Shown in pieces: positions 1 through 4,914 of a stretch of 6,405 nucleotides of DNA. This stretch comes from an uncultured Eggerthellaceae bacterium (lineage in GTDB: Bacteria; Actinomycetota; Coriobacteriia; Coriobacteriales; Eggerthellaceae), in the NCBI GenBank assembly GCA_934648845.1, contig CAKUFS010000052.1, forward strand, positions 1 to 6,405. Direction: 5' to 3'. Under the pieces are notes generated by a model. It saw nothing but the letters and a program-made list of their open reading frames with translations. It did no database searches and had not been told where the DNA came from. Numbering within the stretch: position 1 is the stretch's first letter; every line of letters begins with the position of its first letter. A program made the position numbers and the translations under genes.

Positions 1-86
1 GCAATGGCGCGCGCCACGGTAAGCCCACCGTATCCTGAATCGAAAATGCCAATAGGCGCATTACTATATGTTCCTTCTTTTTGCAT
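1..86 (-). CDS. murI: Glutamate racemase, N-terminal 28 codons only (3' part lies beyond the left window edge)
   Basis: Minus-strand translation from the ATG at 86..84 gives MQKEGTYSNAPIGIFDSGYGGLTVARAI. This matches the conserved N-terminal IG(V/I)FDSG(V/I)GGLTV motif of MurI/RacE racemases. An in-frame TAG lies at 131..129 upstream and no in-frame ATG/GTG/TTG lies between, so ATG 86 is the only possible start. The ORF is too short to appear in the supplied track. Confidence 0.75.
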   Translation of the reverse strand, partial: MQKEGTYSNAPIGIFDSGYGGLTVARAI

Positions 87-92
87 GGGGAA

Positions 93-98
93 AGTATA
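93..98 (-). promoter_or_regulatory. Candidate -10 hexamer TATACT, 6 nt upstream of the murI ATG (possible leaderless transcript)
   Basis: The minus strand reads ...AAGGAGCGT TATACT TTCCCC ATG. TATACT matches TATAAT at 5 of 6 positions, and the A of the ATG sits about 7 nt downstream of it. No convincing -35 is present. An AAGGAG Shine-Dalgarno-like motif (108..103) lies 15 nt from the ATG, farther than optimal. Confidence 0.3.
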
Positions 99-140
99 AC
101 GCTCCTTACGCCAAGCGAACGCACTGTGCTACCCTTTTCC

Positions 141-184
141 AAATAAGAAAACAACGCGAACGCTTTGCGGGCAAGCTGGTTCGC
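141..184 (-). terminator. Intrinsic-terminator-like hairpin followed by a U-rich tract, located in the murI/ybaK divergent intergenic region
   Basis: The minus-strand RNA is GCGAAC-CA-GCUUG[CCCG]C(A)AAGC-GUUCGC followed by GUUGUUUUCUUAUUU. Pairings are 179..184 with 156..161, 173..176 with 162..165, and 172 with 167. That gives about 11 bp, GC-rich, with small bulges. No minus-strand gene lies upstream of it apart from an antisense shadow ORF. Confidence 0.4.
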
Positions 185-261
185 CGCAAGATTCAGCGGC
201 ACCCCACATCACTACTACGCAAAGGACGTTCGTAAAACCAAGAAGAATCGCCGAATGAGCC

Positions 262-744
262 ATGTCTAAAGAAAAAGAGCTGAAAACAAACGTCATGCGC
301 ATGCTTGATGCTGCGAAAATCCCCCACACTGTGCGCACGTATGAGACCGATGGCAGCCACACGGGAACCGAGATTGCCGCCATGCTGGGACTCGATAAAG
401 AAAGCGTGTTCAAAACACTGGTCACGCGCGGAAAATCAGGCGAATATTACGTGTTTATGATTCCCGTGGCCGAGGAGCTTGACTTGAAAAAAGCAGCGGC
501 GGCCGTTGGCGAAAAAGCCGTGAGCATGATCAAGTCAAAGGAGCTTTTGCCGCTTACGGGCTATATCCACGGTGGCTGCAGTCCCTTGGGCATGAAGAAG
601 CAGTTCGTGACCAGCATCGATGAAACGGCGGAACTGTTCGATCGCATTAGTTATTCAGGCGGACATATTGGCTGCCAAGTAGAAACATCGCTCGAAGACC
701 TGGAGAGCCTGATTCCGCTCATTCATGCCGACTTGACGGTGTAA
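262..744 (+). CDS. ybaK: YbaK/EbsC family Cys-tRNA(Pro)/Cys-tRNA(Cys) deacylase (trans-editing aminoacyl-tRNA deacylase)
   Basis: The 160-aa ORF is colinear with E. coli YbaK. It carries the early HTVRTYE block, the VFKTLV motif with the conserved catalytic Lys, DLKK, and the GY(I/L)xGGxSPLG motif (TGYIHGGCSPLG). No clear SD precedes the ATG at 262; the ATG at 255 is out of frame and stops after 4 codons. Confidence 0.9.
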   Translation: MSKEKELKTNVMRMLDAAKIPHTVRTYETDGSHTGTEIAAMLGLDKESVFKTLVTRGKSGEYYVFMIPVAEELDLKKAAAAVGEKAVSMIKSKELLPLTGYIHGGCSPLGMKKQFVTSIDETAELFDRISYSGGHIGCQVETSLEDLESLIPLIHADLTV

Positions 745-784
745 ACGCACTCAAAACACCTAATCGCTGGCGCAACAAAGCACG

Positions 785-817
785 GATGTTAAAAAGACCC
801 CGTCACTTTTTAACATC
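785..817 (+). terminator. Perfect 12-bp inverted repeat (hairpin) 41 nt downstream of the ybaK stop; putative, possibly bidirectional, terminator
   Basis: GATGTTAAAAAG (785..796), loop ACCCCGTCA, CTTTTTAACATC (806..817). The arms are exact reverse complements. The stem is AT-rich and is followed on the plus strand by TGCGATTGG, with no canonical U-tract outside the U5 run in the 3' arm. The functional call is therefore tentative. Confidence 0.4.
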
Positions 818-857
818 TGCGATTGGCGAATCCCTTGCCGCCGCCGTCAACGCGAAA

Positions 858-890
858 TTGTTGACAAAAGGTGGGGTAATTTGTCAACAA
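858..890 (-). terminator. Perfect 11-bp inverted repeat (hairpin) 24 nt downstream of the L,D-transpeptidase stop; putative terminator
   Basis: TTGTTGACAAA (858..868), loop AGGTGGGGTAA, TTTGTCAACAA (880..890). The arms are exact reverse complements. On the minus-strand RNA the hairpin is followed by only UUUCGCG, so the U-tract is weak. Confidence 0.4.
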
Positions 891-913
891 GAACGGTTAC
901 TTTTGCCCCGCCC

Positions 914-2647
914 TTACCAATGGACGACGACAACAGTGCCTACGTCTACGATGTTATAGAGCTCGGCCGCTTTGCTGGGCGGAAGATTCACGCAGCCGTG
1001 GCTACCATAGCCGTCGCGATACATCGTACCGCCGAAATCGGGCTGCCAGGGAGCATCATGCAGCGCGTACACGTTGCCAATGAAAGGCATCCAGTAAGCC
1101 ACCGTTGACTCGTTGGGCTTCTCCTTGCCTTCCTCGTAGGTACGCAGCCGCTCGTTGGTAGCTTTACGCGTAATGTAATAGACGCCGGTGGGCGTGTTGC
1201 GCGTTGAATAATTCACATTGCCCGAAATGATGTCGCTCTCCCAAAGGATCGAACCATCCTCGTCGAAGAAATAGACGTGCTGTTCTGCCAGGTCAACGTC
1301 GATATAGCGCGTCCATTCGGCACCCGTCTCCATATTGTAGTAAGCGCCTTCGCTCTCGCAAGGAATAGCAATCTCGCCCTGTTTGCTATCATGCACCGCT
1401 GCTACAATCATATCGGTAAGCGCAGCTGTATCAAGCTTCCAGCCAAATGCGGGGCCGCCGCTTACGGTAATCTCTTTGCCATCGGGGCGCGTATACGTGT
1501 GCTCGGTGCCGTACGTATTCAGCTTGTCGGCCATCTCCTGCGCCCATAGCTCAACAGCTTCCTCGTTCAGCGAAATGTTGCGATTGTCGTCGTAGACAAT
1601 CCAGTCAAGCAAGTTACCGCGATTGATTTTCAGCGCCGGATAACCGCCAAGCGTCAGCGTCACCTTCACATGCGAAAGCGCGTTGACCTGGTCTGCAGCA
1701 CTTTTCAGGCTGTCATCGGTGGCGAAGACCGCCGGCGCAACAAGGTCGCGATCGGTAAGCTCAAGACGCACGTGGACAAGACGCAACGCAGCATCAACAT
1801 CGGTAAGAACCTGTTTTTTATCGAGCTTCGTGCCCGCCTGTTCAGGGGCAATCACAACAGCATCGGTCGCCTCATCGTAAGCAAGATGAGCATCCACGGG
1901 ATCGGTTGCGGTTTCGTTGCAGGCAGCAAGGGTTTCATCCAAAAGCTCGGCTACTGTCTGTTTATTGTAAGAAACGGCGAACGTTGCGCTTTTGCCTGCA
2001 TGGGTGAACAGTTCAACAGGCCACGTCCACGGATTCACATACGCCAGCATATCCTGATCCGGGTCAAGACCATAGGAAATCTCCTTGCCGGGAATCATTA
2101 GCTTGCATCCATAACCCGTGACCTCAAGCTGATAGCCATCCAGCGTGGCAGCGATTTTTCCCCGCATTTCATCAGGTGTTTTCCAAGAAACATCAACACC
2201 ATTGATATTCGTACCGGGAAGAAAATGACTCATGAAGAAAACGGCACCGGCAAGATAAAGCGCAGCAACCAGCGCGATGATAACACCCAAAACGATTCCG
2301 ACGATTTTAAGCTTTCCGCGCGAGTGCGGCATATCATACGCAGCGGCGTCGGAAGAGAAGAAGCCCTGGCTGCCGTTGGCACCGTTGGCTGTTTCGACCT
2401 CTGCAGCGGCCTTCGTTTTTCCTTCCGCCTTATTCTTCGCCTTCGCCTTAGCAGGTTTCCCCGATTTCGTGGACGCATCGGCCGTTGCGGGTTTCACCGC
2501 ATCTGCGGATACAGCAGGCGCTGCGGGTGCAGCAGGAGCCGCTTTAGCAGCATGTTTTGGCTTTTCGGAAGAGACCTCTTCTTTTTTCACATGTTTTGCA
2601 CTCATGACTAGATCACTAATGCTCTCTTTTTTGCATCGAATTCCCAT
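914..2647 (-). CDS. Membrane-anchored L,D-transpeptidase: Lys/Ala/Pro-rich N-terminal tail, one TM helix, PG_binding_4-like repeats, C-terminal YkuD catalytic domain
   Basis: The 577-aa ORF ends in a YkuD domain, TPTGVYYI...VYALHDAPW...GYGSHGCVNLP. The catalytic Cys552 codon is at 994..992, inside the SHGC(V/I)N signature. The TM helix LKIVGIVLGVIIALVAALYLAGAVFFM is encoded at 2311..2231. Following it, GTNINGVDVSWKTPDEM resembles the start of PG_binding_4 domains, as in Enterococcus Ldt(fm)-type enzymes. The start is uncertain: ATG at 2647 (longest) or ATG at 2605 (MSAKHVKKEE). Confidence 0.9.
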   Translation of the reverse strand: MGIRCKKESISDLVMSAKHVKKEEVSSEKPKHAAKAAPAAPAAPAVSADAVKPATADASTKSGKPAKAKAKNKAEGKTKAAAEVETANGANGSQGFFSSDAAAYDMPHSRGKLKIVGIVLGVIIALVAALYLAGAVFFMSHFLPGTNINGVDVSWKTPDEMRGKIAATLDGYQLEVTGYGCKLMIPGKEISYGLDPDQDMLAYVNPWTWPVELFTHAGKSATFAVSYNKQTVAELLDETLAACNETATDPVDAHLAYDEATDAVVIAPEQAGTKLDKKQVLTDVDAALRLVHVRLELTDRDLVAPAVFATDDSLKSAADQVNALSHVKVTLTLGGYPALKINRGNLLDWIVYDDNRNISLNEEAVELWAQEMADKLNTYGTEHTYTRPDGKEITVSGGPAFGWKLDTAALTDMIVAAVHDSKQGEIAIPCESEGAYYNMETGAEWTRYIDVDLAEQHVYFFDEDGSILWESDIISGNVNYSTRNTPTGVYYITRKATNERLRTYEEGKEKPNESTVAYWMPFIGNVYALHDAPWQPDFGGTMYRDGYGSHGCVNLPPSKAAELYNIVDVGTVVVVHW

Positions 2648-2665
2648 TCTGACCGTATTCGGGTA

Positions 2666-2674
2666 ATTATATCA
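2666..2674 (-). promoter_or_regulatory. Extended -10 promoter element TGATATAAT upstream of the L,D-transpeptidase gene
   Basis: The minus strand reads GCTGATATAATTACCCGAATACGGTCAGAATG. TGnTATAAT is a perfect extended -10 consensus. No good -35 sits at 16-18 nt spacing (TTGCGA lies only 10 nt away). The element lies between the metG terminator and the ldt ORF. Confidence 0.45.
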
Positions 2675-2699
2675 GCTTCGCTCGCAACACCTTGCATGC

Positions 2700-2739
2700 A
2701 TAAGAAAAACGTCCCGATTCGGCAGAAACGGAACGTTTT
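2700..2739 (-). terminator. Rho-independent terminator downstream of metG
   Basis: The minus-strand RNA is AAAACGUUCCG (2739..2729), a 12-nt loop UUUCUGCCGAAU (with possible inner UUC/GAA pairing), then CGGGACGUUUU (2716..2706), followed by UCUUAU. The stem is 11 bp including one G-U wobble and runs into a U5 stretch. It lies 64 nt downstream of the metG TAG stop (2806..2804). Confidence 0.7.
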
Positions 2740-2803
2740 CTATCGTGTTTGTAATTACGAAACGCAAAATGCCTGATAACAAGCGCATACCCAAGTAGGA
2801 ATA

Positions 2804-4819
2804 CTACTTGAACTGGCTCGGATGCTTCGCGAAGAAGTCGTAGCGCGGCGGCAAATCCTCCACTGCATGCCCACCTGCTACACGCTCTTCTTCGGTGCAT
2901 AGTTCCGCCAGGCTCTCGAAATCCGCATTCCAGCTAAAGAAATGATGCGCATCAAAACCAAGGCGGTCGCAAATCTTTTGGCAGCCACCCGGCACCACGG
3001 GATGCATCATCACTGAGCAAACCCACAGCAGATACGCGCTATCGAGCAGCACCTGGCGGCGCTTTTCGGTATCGCCCGCCTGCTCGGCATCGCGAATGCC
3101 ATCGGCCCAATACTTTTGCGCGTAGCGGATAAACGCATCGGAGAGCGAAACAATGGAATGCAGCTCCACCTTGTGCATAACTTGATCGTAGTTCAAAAGC
3201 GCATCGTGCGCTGCAGCCACCACGCTGGGCGTAACGGCCCCAACAGGGATAACGCCATCGAAATTCTTCTGCGCCTCATAGAAGCAGCTACGCGCCAAGC
3301 GATTGAACACGTTCGTAAGCAGCGCGCCTTCCTTCAACGCAGGGTCGGCATAGCGCGTATCTTCGCGCTTTTGCGGATCGGGATCGAAAGGCTTTGGCGA
3401 AAAACCGACCGATTTCTGATCAAGACCCAGCGCAAGCCAGTGCGCACGCAACTGCTCGGGTGTGTAGTAATTCAGCAGCTCATCGGCTGAAGGAGGCTTC
3501 ACCGCGCCCGACGAAGATGCCTTCGTCTTGCCGAACAGCACATGATGGTTCGCAACTAAGCGCGTCTGACGGACCGGCGCGCCTTCGCCTTCGAAATTAC
3601 CCGGCTGCAATGCCTGGAACAGGGCCGGTTGCGCCACGCCGTAGAAATACAAATTATCCTGACCGATAAACTGGTAGACCTGCGCGTCATCCGCACACCA
3701 GAAATCGCGCCAGCTTTCATGCGGAAGCCCCAGCTCATCGTTGCATGCCTGCGTAAACGAGATAGGCGCCCACAGGCTTTCCGGCCAGCACCACACGGTA
3801 AGGCCCTCTACCCCATCGAACACAGGCGCCTTCACGCCCCACTCAATGTTGCCCGTCATGCGGAACGGCACTAACGCCTTGCCCATACGGAAGCGAATGC
3901 CGGCAGCGCTTAACACGCCGCGGGCGGCATCGCGATCGTCAATCGAGGAAAACTCCAGCTCAAAGCTTTGCTTGCCCTTTTCTGCTGCACGATATTCATG
4001 CTGCGGCAACTGATCGGCAATTGCCAGATACTGGTCGTACAACTCATTTTTGATGTACGTCACCGGCGCGCCCAAAAACTCGCGAATGGTCTGCGGGACA
4101 ATAGCGCGCACATCGGGGTCAGCTTCAAGCTGATCGGTGTAATCGCGCAGATACTGCGTGAACGCCGGCAGATCGAAGTACCAGTTTTCCACGGGACGCA
4201 TCTCAGGCGTGGTGCCCGAAAGCGTGGACACCGGCTTAAGCAAGTCTTGCGGCTCATACTGATGCCCCAAGTCGCACTCATCCGCGTAACCCTTCTCGGA
4301 CTTGCAGCCCTGAACAGGGCAAAAGCCAACAACCTGACGGCCGTTCAAGAACGTTTCTGCCTGCGCATCGTAGAACTGCAGCGTAGAGGTCTTCTTCAGC
4401 CAGCCGTTCTTGTAGAGCTGCGTTAAAAACTCGTTGCTCACGCGCTGATGCACTTCGCCCGCGTGATCCAAGCTTGAACCCTGGTAAATGGACAGCTCAA
4501 CCTCGTATGCATCAAGCGTTGCCTTCTGGGCATCGTGGTTGCGACGCACGTAATCGGACAGAGTTCCTTGGAACTCCCCCGCCTCGACAAGCTTGCGGTA
4601 TCCCTCCATAATGGGAGACCCAAAGCAGTCGGTGCCAGACACGAAACGCACGTTTTCCGCACCAATACGGTCCTTCAGGAAGCGCGCGAAGCAGTCGGCA
4701 GGCACAAAAACGCCACCGACATGGCCGAAATGCAGCGCTTTATTGCCATACGGCATTCCTGCGGTTACTACTGCACGTGCAGGCCACGGTTTTGAGTTTT
4801 CGCTGGTAAACAGTGCCAT
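2804..4819 (-). CDS. metG: Methionine--tRNA ligase (class Ia aminoacyl-tRNA synthetase), 671 aa
   Basis: The ORF is colinear with E. coli MetRS in several blocks. The HIGH motif is present as HFGH (res 30-33, nt 4732..4721). GTDCFGSPI aligns with ADDAHGTPI. The zinc-knuckle block FCPVQGCKSEKGYADECDLGHQYEPQDLLKPVSTLSGTTPEMRPVENWYFDLPAF aligns with [53 protein letters not shown]. The KMSKS-loop equivalent is GKTKASSSG. The anticodon-domain block NVFNRLARSCFYEAQKNFDGV aligns with NLASRNAGFINKRFDGV. Confidence 0.9.
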   Translation of the reverse strand: MALFTSENSKPWPARAVVTAGMPYGNKALHFGHVGGVFVPADCFARFLKDRIGAENVRFVSGTDCFGSPIMEGYRKLVEAGEFQGTLSDYVRRNHDAQKATLDAYEVELSIYQGSSLDHAGEVHQRVSNEFLTQLYKNGWLKKTSTLQFYDAQAETFLNGRQVVGFCPVQGCKSEKGYADECDLGHQYEPQDLLKPVSTLSGTTPEMRPVENWYFDLPAFTQYLRDYTDQLEADPDVRAIVPQTIREFLGAPVTYIKNELYDQYLAIADQLPQHEYRAAEKGKQSFELEFSSIDDRDAARGVLSAAGIRFRMGKALVPFRMTGNIEWGVKAPVFDGVEGLTVWCWPESLWAPISFTQACNDELGLPHESWRDFWCADDAQVYQFIGQDNLYFYGVAQPALFQALQPGNFEGEGAPVRQTRLVANHHVLFGKTKASSSGAVKPPSADELLNYYTPEQLRAHWLALGLDQKSVGFSPKPFDPDPQKREDTRYADPALKEGALLTNVFNRLARSCFYEAQKNFDGVIPVGAVTPSVVAAAHDALLNYDQVMHKVELHSIVSLSDAFIRYAQKYWADGIRDAEQAGDTEKRRQVLLDSAYLLWVCSVMMHPVVPGGCQKICDRLGFDAHHFFSWNADFESLAELCTEEERVAGGHAVEDLPPRYDFFAKHPSQFK

Positions 4820-4825
4820 ATTCTA

Positions 4826-4831
4826 TCCTTT
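4826..4831 (-). promoter_or_regulatory. Shine-Dalgarno site of metG
   Basis: The minus strand reads GGTAAAAGGATAGAAT ATG. AAAGGA sits with a 6-nt spacer before the ATG at 4819. Confidence 0.6.
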
Positions 4832-4914
4832 TACCCGGTATCCAGTTCTTACCTGGTCATTCGAATCAGCGGACCAACGCGCATACACGCGCGCTGACCC
4901 GCCCCTTATTCAAC

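Noticed and set aside
129-425. 98-aa minus-strand ORF (MTSVLNTLSL...), including a 45-aa sub-ORF from the ATG at 264
   Set aside because: It is antisense to the well-supported ybaK gene. Its composition is Ser/Val/Cys-rich and shadow-like. The terminator-like hairpin and U-tract fall inside its 3' end, before its stop codon. There is no RBS.
861-887. TTGACA hexamers on both strands inside the 858..890 palindrome, considered as -35 promoter elements
   Set aside because: No acceptable -10 hexamer lies 16-18 nt downstream on either strand. Transcription from here would only be antisense to ldt or ybaK.
786-959. 57-aa plus-strand ORF (MLKRPRHFLTSAIGES...) starting inside hairpin 1
   Set aside because: It has no SD. 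It begins within a palindrome, spans both hairpins and ends antisense to the ldt 3' end. No recognisable motifs are present. It is most likely a chance ORF.
881-2666. Plus-strand ORFs 881..1108, 1277..1549, 1383..1595, 1670..2101, 1683..1880, 2225..2611 and 2277..2666, plus the minus-strand out-of-frame ORF 2230..2478
   Set aside because: All lie inside the ldt coding region, either antisense or in another frame. Their translations are Arg/Ser/Cys/Ala-rich low-information sequences typical of shadow ORFs in GC-rich DNA.
2667-2900. 77-aa minus-strand ORF overlapping the metG 3' end and the intergenic region
   Set aside because: It overlaps the metG stop region out of frame and runs through the metG terminator hairpin and the ldt promoter element. 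Its Arg/Ala-rich composition has no motifs.
4820-4914. T-box riboswitch or other long leader upstream of the aminoacyl-tRNA synthetase gene
   Set aside because: T-box leaders are about 200-300 nt. Only 95 nt are available, and no specifier-loop or T-box (AANNNGGUGNNACCNCG-like) sequence is visible.
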